Shown piece after piece: positions 37,018-49,023 of a stretch of DNA of 64,000 nucleotides. Position 1 is the first letter of the stretch, and each line of letters starts with the position of its first letter. The notes below the pieces were generated by a model. The model saw only the letters and a list, made by a program, of their open reading frames with translations, was not told where the DNA came from and searched no databases. Origin of the DNA: Schmidtea nova (taxonomy: Eukaryota). A program made the position numbers and the translations under genes. Where the stretch lies: NCBI GenBank assembly GCA_044892505.1, contig CM097883.1:37014001-37078000 (forward strand), written 5' to 3'.

Positions 37018-38082
37018 CCGATCCGAAAATCACAACAGACACACTGTTTTTTAACTTACACAAAACCTACAATTTTTATTATCAAGACTAAACTTTGATT
37101 TTAAGAACACTTTTCTGTGACTTAAGAGTACATTTTGAAATCTTATTCTCGCACCGGAAGATAACTACGAAGTAAAATTTGTTTGATTTTTTATTATGTA
37201 AATTTTGATATGTACCATGATTTCATTTATTAAAGTTTATTTCTGTATTTAATTATTTTATTTTATCATCATTATTTATCATGCATATAGTTATGCTTCC
37301 TAGGCTGCTAACGCGGCGAGGGAGTCCGAGTCGTCGTTGTGGGGCTTCACGGTCTCACATGGCGGTTCAACCTTTTTATTTTTTTTATCAATTTAGTAGT
37401 TTGAACCAGTTGAATTAAATCAGGAGAGGTTGAAAATTTAAATTTAACCCAGACGTTTATTAGCGAGAGTGAAGAGTCTTGATGGTAAATTAATTCCATG
37501 CTTATTTAGTCGAGTAAAATCATAAGTCACGAAATATCAATAATACGATCAAGTCCAGACGGTTTTCTGGCGATAATTAAAAATCATCATTCGGTTGTAC
37601 AGAGGGCGTATCATAGCAGGCAGCAGGGAAGGTCTACTAAGATGCCAGGAGGGGTAAAGTACCCGATAGACGTCAGGTACCCGAGACAAAGATGTCGACA
37701 CACTAGGGTTAAATTTGAGTACGAGAGAGCAGGTGTAGCATTACAAGTTATGAAATTTTTTCAAGTTAATCGATCGAAATGGTGATTTTCAATGGAGGTC
37801 AAGGTACAGGATATCGCAACTGCGTGACAGAGACTAGTAAATTCCAATCTAATAAAACTGAAAATTTGTAAATTCTAAAAATATTCTTATGCCGATCGCT
37901 GTACATAGCGCGGTAATTCAAATTAATCTTATCCTGATCGTCGTACATGGCACAGGGAAAACAAATATCTTATCCGACCGTGGTATATCGCGGCGAGGAT
38001 TTAATAATGAAATTGTATTAACTAAAAGAATTGAGATTAAATAGAATTTATATTCAAATTTTTTAAATAAAATAAACGACAG

Positions 38083-38559
38083 ATGCCGACATCGTTGAAC
38101 GAAAAGTTAACGCGGATTCGGAACTCAGGAAAGGAGGACAGGGCGAATGGATGGGCAAATCAGCTCAAGGAGTTGCCCCAGCCAATTCTGCGGACCATCA
38201 ACGCCCAGGCATATAAGTGGCGACGCGGATTCAATCTAAAATGCCCGTTTTCCATCTGGGTTGGAGGAAACGATCAGGTACTCTACCGGGGAGGACCGAA
38301 TTGGCCACTTTCGCAAAGGCCTTATCCACCGAAATTTGGGCAGATGATCATAGTGATAAACGACGTGGAAGGACGACCGAATCGGATAATTTATTGGGGA
38401 CACATCCTTCGCCGAGAGTTATGCAAATTAGGACTGCAAGCGTTCTTACCGCGGAAACCGTTTGGCAAGGAATGCCAGGAGGGACAACCTCCGTTTTCGT
38501 GGGCTCGACTTCGACAGATGCCAATCAACCACGAACTACACAGCCTATTTCGGCAATAA
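38083..38559 (+). CDS. Family X ORF A, 158 aa, unknown function
   Basis: Intact; ATG directly after acceptor acag; homologue at 10980-11520 conserves WRR.F...PF, WPL and PFG. Confidence 0.75.
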   Translation: MPTSLNEKLTRIRNSGKEDRANGWANQLKELPQPILRTINAQAYKWRRGFNLKCPFSIWVGGNDQVLYRGGPNWPLSQRPYPPKFGQMIIVINDVEGRPNRIIYWGHILRRELCKLGLQAFLPRKPFGKECQEGQPPFSWARLRQMPINHELHSLFRQ

Positions 38560-38732
38560 ATTCTGTGAAAATGATATTTCATAAATAAAATCCTATTATT
38601 AAATCCGTGGTCTTTGTTCTAACTTTTATATTGTTAAGTTTATCATGTTCTTAACGTAATAATAATTGACTTTTACTGAAAATATAAAATGTTTTAACAG
38701 CGGCAAATCATTTAATTTAAATCCATTACAGA

Positions 38733-39329
38733 ATGAATACCGATATTACACAAAGGGAGCTTGAAAAGATGTGGAGAATCCGGAGAGCCCAGGACAAGGA
38801 ATTGGGTCTCCTCAAGGAACAACTATCCAAAGCCTAGGCGCAAGTCACCTATTTGCGCAAAAGCTGGTTCGCTCCGGCTCGAATGAAGGAGCAGATTGGG
38901 AAAACCGAGCGTGCCCAGCGAACAGCAGAAGACTATAAAATGGAATGGGAAGCTACCAAAATCGAGCTTCGGAAGTGCCTCCATTCCGTGACAGCCTCTT
39001 ATATCGAAAGGGAACTGCGAGATCAAATCCGACCGGTCACATATCAAGAATGGACGGCGGAAAAGAAGAGCGTAAACTCGATCGGCACGGACGTCGACGA
39101 TCTCATTGGAATTTGTAACAAGCCAGTTCCATCAATAAATCCAGCCACCCAAACTGCCAATGCTCACCAGAAACGTAAGCGCATAGGGCAGAAGAGGCAA
39201 CGGCAAAGAAAGTTGTTCGCTCAACGATTGCAGAACCAAGTCGACGGCTTGCACAAATTGACAGAGGAGGAACTATTAGAAGAAATATTTCCCCCAGCCG
39301 GAGTGTTTACTGGTTTAATTGAAAAATAA
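38733..39329 (+). pseudogene. Family X ORF B, ~198 codons with one TAG at 38835; coiled-coil plus Arg/Lys-rich tail
   Basis: ATG one base after acceptor ccattacag; LRKSWF..ATKIELRKCL..LRDQIR..KRKRIGQKRQRQRKLF; homologue at 10073-10642. Confidence 0.8.
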
Positions 39330-39568
39330 ATGAATTCTCGTATTATTGTCATTGTTGTTGTTTATCTAAAATAGTTTAGTTAATAGAATAAATAATAAGA
39401 TACCTGTAATATAAAAAATATAAAATTATAATACAAAATACATAAGAAAGGTAAATAAATAATTAAATAAGCACTATGTTAGAAAACATCAGGCAGAATG
39501 AGTGATGTCAAAGATAAATTTTCTGAAAGTTTATTGTGGAGTACATAGCAGATGATTAAAGCGTAAGT

Positions 39569-39637
39569 CCTTCTAACGGCAGCAATGAACCCGTAAACAT
39601 AAATGGGGAGTAGTACTAGCAATAGTGCTCACCTGCC
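39569..39637 (+). ncRNA. Candidate conserved structured RNA motif (three-way junction), copy 2
   Basis: ggcag/ctgcc (with tga/tca), cccgt/atggg and agtact/agtgct stems; aligns to 6303-6371. Confidence 0.5.
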
Positions 39638-42619
39638 CATCATTGTTTAATCACCATGCGCATCACCAACTTGATTATCTAGGGAAATAATCAAGGGCGC
39701 TTGAGTGTATAATTGAAAATTTATGTATGATCATGGATGAGGGATCCCTAGCCATTTGTTAGAACCTTTTTCATCTAACCCCTCCATGAACCCAGCACAT
39801 ATAAGTTGTTGTTTCACTCAAAAATGCGATGACTGTCTTTATTTCCTGCAGTATATAGAATTTTGCAACTTTATTCAGCGTTTAGATCTTACTTTTTGTC
39901 GCACACTCAGCGCCCCATAATAATCAAAAAAATTGTTGAAAACGCACTTATTGAGTGCTATTTATGGTTCATTTATTCTTTAATGTATGTTTTCCATTCA
40001 AAAATAGAAAGTATGGAACAAGAAAAAAATTCCTTAATGGAAATAAGCGAAATATTATTTTCCATAGAAGAAATATTTATACAAAGAAGAGATAAGGAAT
40101 TTATTCCATTAAAAGTAAAAGAAATTATTCACTCTAATAACGATCAATCGAGAAGCCAGTAATAAAAAATGATTTAATTCACGTATATGAAAGAGGATTA
40201 GAATATTTAAAGTTGTGGACTTACTACTTGGATGAATTTAAAGTCTTTAAATGGATGTTGCTAAGAAGTAAGCCAGAGTGGGACGAAATCCAAGATACAG
40301 TACAATATTTATCAAAAAAAGAGTAAATATAAATGAATCATTATTGTTTGATCAATCTATAAGGTTAAATCATTTTTTATACCAAAAAATACCTTGTGAG
40401 GAATTTTCAAAAAACACAGTGCGGATAAATGGACAGGTTATTTTAAAAGTTGGAATTTTATAATTATTGCTTAAATAATAAAGAGCTTTTATTAGAAATT
40501 AGAAATAAAGCTAAATATCAGTTTGAATAAGTATTTATATATTATGTATTGTTATTTTGCATACAATTTGAAATTGTATTTTAATTTTGTTTTTCAAAAA
40601 TTTTGAATTTAATGTTTTGTTTAATTTTTTATTTTAATTAAAATAAATAACTATATTTTTTTGTAATTTTGTTCTTTTATTTTTTAATTAAAAAGTGAAG
40701 CGACTTATTTTCGAGTAGTTTTTGAATTTTCATACCCTCTATTTTGTTGTATTCATTTTTAAATGTTATCAGTATGGTAACCCTAATTGCACCTAAAAAT
40801 CAATACTATGGTGTGAAGTACTTTGTTTCATCGAAAATCTGAACAATTCTACTTGTAAACATAATTTGCATTTTTGCATTTTTTTACACTCATAAATAAT
40901 GAAATGAAACATACATCACAAGTTTCAACAATACTACCTGAATATCATGTTTGTACTCTGTTAAACATTTTTGACAAAAATTCTATTTTTAAAAAGCACA
41001 TTTATTTAGAATTGTAATATAAAATTAAATACTTACAAATATCAAGTAATATTTAGTCCAACTTATAAAATCTTTTGCCTTGTATTAGTCCAACTTTCAA
41101 TGAAGATACGAAAGAGTCGTGGTCATAAATATTATTTGTCTTTTCACAAAGAATATTTTTTGCAAAAACAATTTATCAAAAAAGTTAATTTTTTCTATTT
41201 TATAGGGAGAGTGGGGCTCGAAAATTTATGGAGAGTTAGAACCCTCACAAGTTTTGAGCGAAAGCGATAACTCAGTGTTTCCCAACCTGGGCGATTTGAA
41301 ATTTTAGGTGGGCGATGTTTTTACCATGTTGTTTTTGCATATGTCAACCTTTTTGCAAATCTCAGAGATACGAAAACTTTGTTATAATTCATTTTAAAAA
41401 TGTTCATCTTTCAAAATCTCTATATTTTTGCAAACAATTTTTCAAAAATTTCAAGCCCTCAAACTATAGTGCGATAAAACAAAACACAAAATTGCACTTT
41501 TTGGTACCATTTGTCACGCAAAATCGTGATTAGGACTTTTAGAGTGCAACGGGAACATTGTGCTTAAAAGTGCCCTCACTACATTGAAAAATAAAAAGTG
41601 CACCTTAGCACAGTGAAAATTTTCACACTGCACCTAAACATAAATATTCAAATTTACAAAGTTTTCACGCGTTTTTTGAAAAGTGGTATATATTATTAAT
41701 AGAGGGTAGAGGCGCTATAACTGGTAGTGAGTTAGAAAGCTTACATCTACCTACTTTTAATGTATTTTATTTATTGAAAAAATAGTTTTATAAAATATCG
41801 AATTTAAGATCATCCATTATAAACCATATTCATTCATTATTCCTTCGAGGTTATTCATAGTCATATTTATTAATTGTAATTCATTATCAATCATTATTAT
41901 ATACCAATACAAAATTTTGATAGTTCCTCAAACAATTCTTGTAAATCTAACACCGAAGAGGAACTGCTGTGCAATTATAAAACTCATGAGTTGCATAAGT
42001 GCATTTGAAAACATAACTAAGAGACGTTTATGTTAGGGATTGCAATACCGGTAGTACAGTTTGAGTCATTTTTTACATGTTTATATTAAAAATTGAAATA
42101 ATTGTCAAGCTGTTATTTACAATCAAAATTTTCTACAATTAATTTTCTATTAATTTATCTGCATATAATTGCTTGCTTCTGTTTCTTTCTCTATTTTCGT
42201 AAGTTTTGATTTAAATTTTTATAATTGTGGTTATTGATTTTTTTCATATTGAATTAACCTTCAACGAATAAAATAAAACCATTATCAATTCGTCTCCTTG
42301 GAAATAATTTGAACAAGTCATTGCAGCAACTGTATATAAGGGTTGCATATTCATTAAAAAAGTTCATATAGAATCAACTTGCTGAAAAGAAATTCAACTG
42401 ATATTCATCTGATATTGATATAACAAAAGAGACCAGCTACAATCACGTCATACTTTTTAAAAAATGTCGATGATTTCTTATCAGTTGTTATTTCTTGTAT
42501 GATGATTAAAAATTCTTTGCGAATAAGTAAATTACACATTGATGATTTTGACAGTCAATGACTCTAAACAGAAATTGATGGGGGTTCAACAAACTTGAGC
42601 AACTGATGAAAGATTACCG

Positions 42620-42960
42620 AGAGATGTACAACATTGGCTCAAGGAAAATAGACCACATATATACAGACAAATGGAACAATCACCGATACCTTCCGTCATT
42701 TCTGAGTGCGTGTTGTCAAATATGCACCGATATGTAATACCGGCACATCGAAATCCTACAACAATGATAAACGAAATAATTTACAAGATTTTGAACCAAA
42801 CAATTTTGGATCGCCTATCGATGAATCAGCTAAAGAACTGTATAATGGCAGAAATCGAAAATACTCCTCCATCGCTTTTGAAGTATCTAGTCGAAAGTAT
42901 GCGGAATTGGTACTTCGCCTACATGTGTTTATTGCGGACACAAGGTATGTTGGGGTTCAT
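42620..42960 (+). pseudogene. Tc1-like transposase C-terminal remnant
   Basis: DVQHWLKEN..SMNQLKNCIMAEIENTPPSLLKYLVESMRN..CL..QG resembles the Tc1/mariner C-terminal helices. Confidence 0.45.
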
Positions 42961-43119
42961 GAAGTTAAGCGTGGATTTCTCCAAAGGCAAGTCTATTAGG
43001 AGGTCAGGAATAATAGTTGTTATTATAAAATAATTAATACTGCTATCATTTCTAATTATACTATAAACAACATGTCAGTTTTTGCCTTTAGGGCAAAATT
43101 AGACCTCCCCTTCGTGCGA

Positions 43120-43530
43120 GGAATTTTGTGAGTCGACAGACAGCGGAAGAACAGTGAAATATGGCATACTGAGTAAATATAAATCAGGACGTACAGATAA
43201 ATATTTCAAACAAGCGTTTAATGCCGAAAATTTAAATGTTGCAATAAAAATACTTTAAAGAAATGAAACTTTTCAATACCAAACTAAAAAAACTATCATG
43301 GAATCATTTATTCAGCATTTCGGAAATAGCACTGCTTCTAATTATAATGAAGGATTTTGAACAGAATTTTTTAATATTCATTATTGGAAAAGTCATGTAT
43401 TTATTGGTCCTAGTGGTACAGGAAAAATTAATTTTGCGCTTCCACATTTTTAAAAAAAACCTGTGCACGTTAAAACTTGGCTGTCCATCGCAGGTATTAA
43501 ATACAATTGTACGTGTCTGAGATGCCAACT
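43120..43530 (+). pseudogene. Fragment resembling a CRESS-DNA virus Rep (SF3 helicase Walker A region)
   Basis: One frame, three stops: VKYGILSKYKSGRTDKYFKQAFNAENLNVAIKIL*RNE..FIQHF..WKSHVFIGPSGTGKINFALPHF*KKPVHV; no Walker B or HUH motifs visible. Confidence 0.5.
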
Positions 43531-43789
43531 AGTTTTATTCAATATTGGCTGAGAAAACGAAAATATATTAGTGTCTAATTAGGTACGAGAGTGGTGGATA
43601 GCTCTCCGTTGTTTTATTTTAAGTGATCAAGCGTGATACACAGACTTATGGGAAATAAATTATATTCAATTGGCCAATGTATCACTGGTTATCACTATAC
43701 ATTGCTTTCTTTACTATATTTGCTATATGTCTATCTTTTTTCATTTAAATGTATTTCCAATTGAATTTGTATTTCAAAATGAGTTCAAT

Positions 43790-45213
43790 GCAGGCTAATA
43801 TGTTTTAGAATTCGTTTTTAACAGATGAAATTCTTCAGTTAATTGTAGAAGAGACAAATCGCAATGTCACCCAAACGATGGCTGGTGTTCGAATGAGCAA
43901 AGGATGCAGGCTAAAAAGATGGAAAACACACATAAAGAGGAAATTAATAAATTCCTAGGTTTATTATTAGCAAGTTTATTATTGGAGCAATAATGCGATT
44001 TTCTCGAAATAGGTTCCAACTTTTACTACGCTACATTCATTTTAAAAACAATGAAGCACCTACTCAAAATTTAAGACATTACAAAGTTGAAAGACTCTTG
44101 GAGAAAACTGAAAGAAATTTCAAAAGTTCAAAAGTTCCAGGCGAACATCTTGTAATTGATGAGTCCATGATAGCATTTAGAGGAAGACTAATATTTCGCC
44201 AATACATTCCGGTGAAGGCGAATAGGTAGGACAAAAATATATTTAAGCTAACAGATCCTAGATGTTACACATATGATTTAAATGTTTATAATGGACGAAT
44301 TGATCAGCAAGATAGTCATTCACGCATATCAACAATCATTTGCATGAAATTGATTGAAGAAAACTTATGCCGATGAAGAACGCTAACTGTTGATAACTAT
44401 TATATTTCAACTGAACTTGCTAAAAAATGTCTTGAAAAACAAACACATTTACAAGGAACACTAAGAAAAAACTATAAAGGAGCACCAAAACTTGGCACTA
44501 AAAATATGAAAAAAACTGAATGCAAAACAATGGAAAAAGATGACATTGTAATAGGTGCATGAAAGGATAAAAGAGTGGTAACCTTCTTATCTACAAAAGT
44601 AGATGGATCTTTGAAAGCAACAAATAAAGAACCACAAAGGTGAAGATAAATGAAACCGAATGTTACACAAAGCTACAACAAATGTAAACAAGGCATCGAT
44701 CTTTCTAACCAGTTATCGAGTTATTTCTGTCCTCTGACGAAAATAGTGCGGTGGTATCATAAAGTTGCCTTTGAATTACTGCTAAATACTGCCATTGTAA
44801 ATGCTTATACATTGTACAATTTACAGGAATACAATAATAAAATGCAGATTGCTGAATTTCGAGCATCTATACAATGAGTCTAACTTCTACAAATCAGGAT
44901 CAAGTAGCTAGGCCTACCCAACAACAAAATCCTACCCTAAGACATATTCTTCTCCGAGTTGAAGATAAAACCACAACAAATCGTAAAAAGCGATTATGTT
45001 GTGTTACTTGCCATTCAAGCTTATCTAAAGAGCAAGGACCAGCAGCAGCTAGAAAAAGAAATTCGGCATTACTATGACTCGACAACAAAATATAAATTCC
45101 AAAACCAACAAATATTTTAATTTGATGTGACAATTTATGTCAAAAGATGTCAAAATGAAAACAGTGCAATTGGACATATACTGAATAATGATATAGTGCG
45201 TACAAAGTTTTAA
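43790..45213 (+). mobile_element. piggyBac (PGBD4-like) transposase pseudogene
   Basis: FLTDEILQLIVEETN, FSRNRFQLLLRYIHF, LVIDESMIAFRGR..RQYIP, VDNYY, GTLRKN, YNKCKQGIDLS, RWYHK..NAY, C-terminal RLCCVTC; possible 3' end gcgtacaaag..ttaa at 45210. Confidence 0.9.
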
Positions 45214-45492
45214 ATACTAGACTACTAGTAAAGTAGCATCGTGAACTAGTAGTCTCTGCATACATGTCATTGGTGACTGGCTGACAAGCATTGACACCTG
45301 TACACAAACAAAAAACAAAGCAATGATTAAAATATTTTTAATTCGTAGACAACCGGTATCGACTTCACAATCGACTGTTCTCACAATAGGTAAAATCGGT
45401 AATCGATCAAGCTTTAAGTGATAGTTTTTATAAAGAAAATCTCATGCAATGAAAAGAATATTTTAACAGATAATTATCAACAGCTGTAAATG

Positions 45493-47526
45493 CGGTTCCC
45501 TATCATTTGGTCGAACATCAGGTGGTCAAACATCAAGTGGTCGAAGTGTACTTGGTCGAGATTCGTTTCGTCGCTGTTCATTTGGTCGAGAATTCATGTA
45601 GTCGAAATTTATATATTCGAAAGTCATGTAGTCGAATATTTGATGTTTAAGTGACGATAATTTAGTAGATATTAGTTTGGGATTTAAAACTTTAACTATT
45701 TAATTTAAATTTTAAATATAAATCATTTCCAATAATTTATCCCATACAAAATGTCGAGATTAAACTTTGTCATTAGTAGTAAAGGAAAAGANNNNNNNNN
45801 NNNNNNNNNNNNNNNNNNNNNNNNNNNNNNNNNNNNNNNNNNNNNNNNNNNNNNNNNNNNNNNNNNNNNNNNNNNNNNNNNNNNNNNNNNNNNNNNNNNN
45901 NNNNNNNNNNNNNNNNNNNNNNNNNNNNNNNNNNNNNNNNNNNNNGCAAAACATATTGGCGAAGTGAAATAAGAAGCTGCAACTCAAGAATGCATAGCAC
46001 GGGCGATGTTATTGTAAGAACACCAAGAGATCCTCACCGACATGCTCCATCTTGTGATCGTGATTCTGCAGCAATTGTGGCTGGACAAGTACGTCGAAAA
46101 GCATTAGATTGTGAGAGTACAACGAAAAACATTGTACAACAAGCGATGTCTCAGATACCTGTCGTTGTTGCACCTGCACTGGCTTCAACTTCAAATTGTA
46201 TGAAGGAAACGAAAAGCAGCACTATCTTATTAAGATACAGAAAGGGAGCTTCATGAAAGAATTATTGTTCCAAGGAAGCTTCAACGCACATGCGACGATA
46301 CTGAATTCATGAAATTTTCTTCAGAATATATGATTTTATTTGCGTCTCCTCTTGGAATAGATATGCTCAACATGAACAGAATTGGTTTGCAGATGGAACA
46401 TTCTATGAAGCTCCAAAAGAATATACTCAGCTCTACACCATTCATGTTCTACTTGAAAATTCTGAAACTATCTAGTCGTCTACGCTCTTTTAAAGAATAA
46501 ATCAAGCGAATCGTATGCTGCCATGTTTCAGTTTTTGCGGGATATGAATTCGGATAAACCCTTAAAACCTGCAAACATCACCGTAGACTTTGAACAAGCA
46601 GCTATGACAGCATTTAAAGAAACATTCCTAGACATCGAGATACATGGATGTTTCTTCAATCTGTGTCAAAATATTTGAAAAGGAATTCAAGGATCTGGTC
46701 TTCAGATTTTGTATGATTCAGATGCTGAATTTGCATTGAAGACTCGATGTCTAGCAACAATCCCATTTTTACCAACGGAAGACATCATTCGCGGATTCGA
46801 ACTTTTAACACATGACGAAGATTATCCGGATGAAACAGACCAAAAAGTTGATTATTTCGAATCAAATTACATCGGTAACATCGGCCGACGTTCCACAAGA
46901 AGACGTCCGAATTTTCCCCATTCTACGTGGTCACAGTATGAACGAGTTAAAAATAGCCTTCAACGAACAACCAATTCACTAGAAGGGTGGCATAACGCAC
47001 TGAAAGGTGTCATCCAAAAGGCACATCCGTCAATGGCAGCATTCGTAACTAAGCTACGACTAGAAGAGTCAATTGTAGCACGCAAAATTGAAAGAGTCAT
47101 TGCTGGTCATTCTACGAAATGTAAGCCAAAGAAATACGAGGCCGTCGACACTAGAATTAAGCTATTGGTGGATGGATATGATTCAAACAATATCAAGCAG
47201 TTTCTGAGAAGCATTTCTCATAACATCGCGTATTGAATGAATTACTTTTGTACTTTTGTTGGTTATATGTTTTATAATACAAAATAAATGACTGTATTAC
47301 TGTTTTTTTTCTTGTGTATTTTTTATACAAAATTCTTTTTACTTTTTAATCATATGTTTGTTTTATTTTATCTTTAATAAATTTCGACAAAGAGATTTTC
47401 GACTTGTTTGTGTTTCGACCAATTGATCTTACACGAAATGAACTTCGACCAAATGAACTTTCGATCAAATGAATTCGGCGAAATGAACTTCGACGAAATG
47501 ATGTTCGACGAACTGATCGATTACCG
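45493..47526 (+). mobile_element. MULE/Mutator element with repeat-built TIRs; transposase (45751-47236) pseudogenised
   Basis: TIRs cggt..atca.tt.gtcgaacatca with tggtcga/tcgacca repeats; KTYWR..HRH, WFADGTF, TVDFEQAA, GCFF, YFESNYIG, RTTNSLEGWH. TSD not found. Confidence 0.9.
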
Positions 47527-48399
47527 TTAATGCATTAATTGAAAAAATATGAAAGTAGTGAAAGGCTTTCGTAAATCTCCAACAAAAAAATGATATGCTA
47601 AAGAAATGTGTTATATCACACTATCTAAAAGATAAAATATATTATATTGGAAAGCTAAAGTGGATAATACTATATAAACACGTCATACCGATAACAACAA
47701 CCTATAAGATATTCACTGTAATCTGTACTCAAAAACCTTACCAACATTTTTGGCTATCTGATATATGGAATAGTTCAATGAAAATTTGAAATTTAAATTT
47801 GGTGTCCGGGTGTAGAAAAATTAATCGTTTCAGTATATAGGGTGATAGAAGTGAACACAATCATAAATTGACTTCCCAAAAGCATATACCGTTGAAACCC
47901 TTAGATTCGCTTCACATTGGAAATGTACATATCAGCGCTAACCAAGTTTCAGCTCTGTCTCAATTGCACAGTTTTCGCCTTTAGCAGTTTTAGATTTGTG
48001 ATTGTTACAATTCTTTACTAAACCACTTAAGTCGGCAGTAATATCATTCTACTAATATTTTCGGGTACAAATATTTTGGATGGAAATGATAACGTTGTTC
48101 TCGTGGGTTTGCCCATAATGTTTAAAGATGCAACTTTTTACTTGTCTATGTTTGGAAAATACTACTAGTTGAAAATGTTACCGTTATTATACTACTTCTG
48201 GAAAGCGTGATTAGAGTTAAAAAAGAAAATCATTGCCCTTGAATACTTCTAAACCAATTTTAATCATGGGACTATTATTAAATGGTTTCAACTACAGCCT
48301 CACTATGTTCCATGCGCAACACACCCACTCATTACTGTTTCAGTTGAGTTTACTAGCACCTCATCGGTCCCATGTAACTCAGAAAATCACTATGGAGTG

Positions 48400-49023
48400 G
48401 CTATCAACCTCGTGGCTATAAACCACTAAGTCTATTTCGCTATAATTAGATTTTAGGTGGATTAGAAAATGACACGAGGGTTTACCCACAGTTTATAAAG
48501 TAATGAATAATAATAATCAAAAGGAGATATAAAATCACCTTTATTGGAATCAAATATCGTAAGTTTCAGTTCTCTCAGAAAAAAGTATAAAAATGTCACA
48601 ATTTTTTATCATACTACTGACTGTTTGGTTTTGCTTTATATACTATCCGGCTCTTGAATTGGCCAATCAGATTCAAGTTACCGCCTAATGCGTGGTAGGT
48701 TTACAGTTAAATGTTTGTTTATTTACAGTTTAATTTTAGGTTTTCCGGCTTGCTGATTCAAAGTTTATCCAATTAAGTAATTAATTGTACTTTAATTTTT
48801 AACTTATTTTTTAAAATTTTCTGTATGTTTTCCTCGTTTTTTTTGAAACATTCTATATTGAATGTCTAATTATTAATAGGTAAGTCATTTTATATATTAA
48901 TATCACCCAATGTTTGCTAATTCTGGGTTTATTTTCTTATATCATCAGATTGTTCGTATGGTTTTTAAGTTTTCTTTTCTTTTTGATTATTTAATCTTTT
49001 TAGCTCAATTGGTGGGCCCAACT
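48400..49023 (-). mobile_element. Family X 5' (U3/promoter) fragment
   Basis: Minus start gttgggcccaccaattgagctaaaa versus tgttgggcccgccaaatcacctaaaa at 36633; then agtacaattaatt, cagcaagccggaaaa, ctgattggccaat, tatataaa in the same order. Left boundary approximate. Confidence 0.75.

Larger units (their letters stand above)
36633..39797 (+). mobile_element. LTR-like family X, copy 2: complete 3165-bp TG...CA unit with 4-bp TSD
   Basis: Termini tgttggg / cccagca; TSD cata at 36629-36632 and 39798-39801; removing it restores gat atc gca tat aag ttg ttg. No internal LTR pair, RT or integrase. Confidence 0.9.
36280..40785 (+). mobile_element. hAT transposon (TAGGGxTACCA termini), deleted, split by family X copy 2
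   Basis: TIR tagggatacca / tggtaacccta; 8-bp TSD attgcaca / attgcacc; transposase IIGVGFPPHILNN..LPLDVESII*KIY..DFVDIAY | KLLFHSKMR*LSLFPAVYRILQLYSAFRSYF continues in frame across the insertion. Confidence 0.9.

Noticed and set aside
38835-38837. Near-aligned in-frame stops in both ORF B copies (also 10553-10555) as programmed readthrough
   Set aside because: They are offset by one codon, are different codons with different contexts, are easily explained as CAG/CAA decay, and copy 1 has a further stop.
43079-43099. Stem-loop ttttgcc-ttta-gggcaaaa as a CRESS replication origin
   Set aside because: The loop is 4-5 nt and lacks a NANTATTAC-type nonanucleotide.
45792-45945. N run as an exact-size mask of the FLYWCH domain
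   Set aside because: Only ~60 nt are expected between KGK and KTYWR by comparison with the intact MULE, but the run is 154 nt; it is an over-estimated gap or hides a small insertion.
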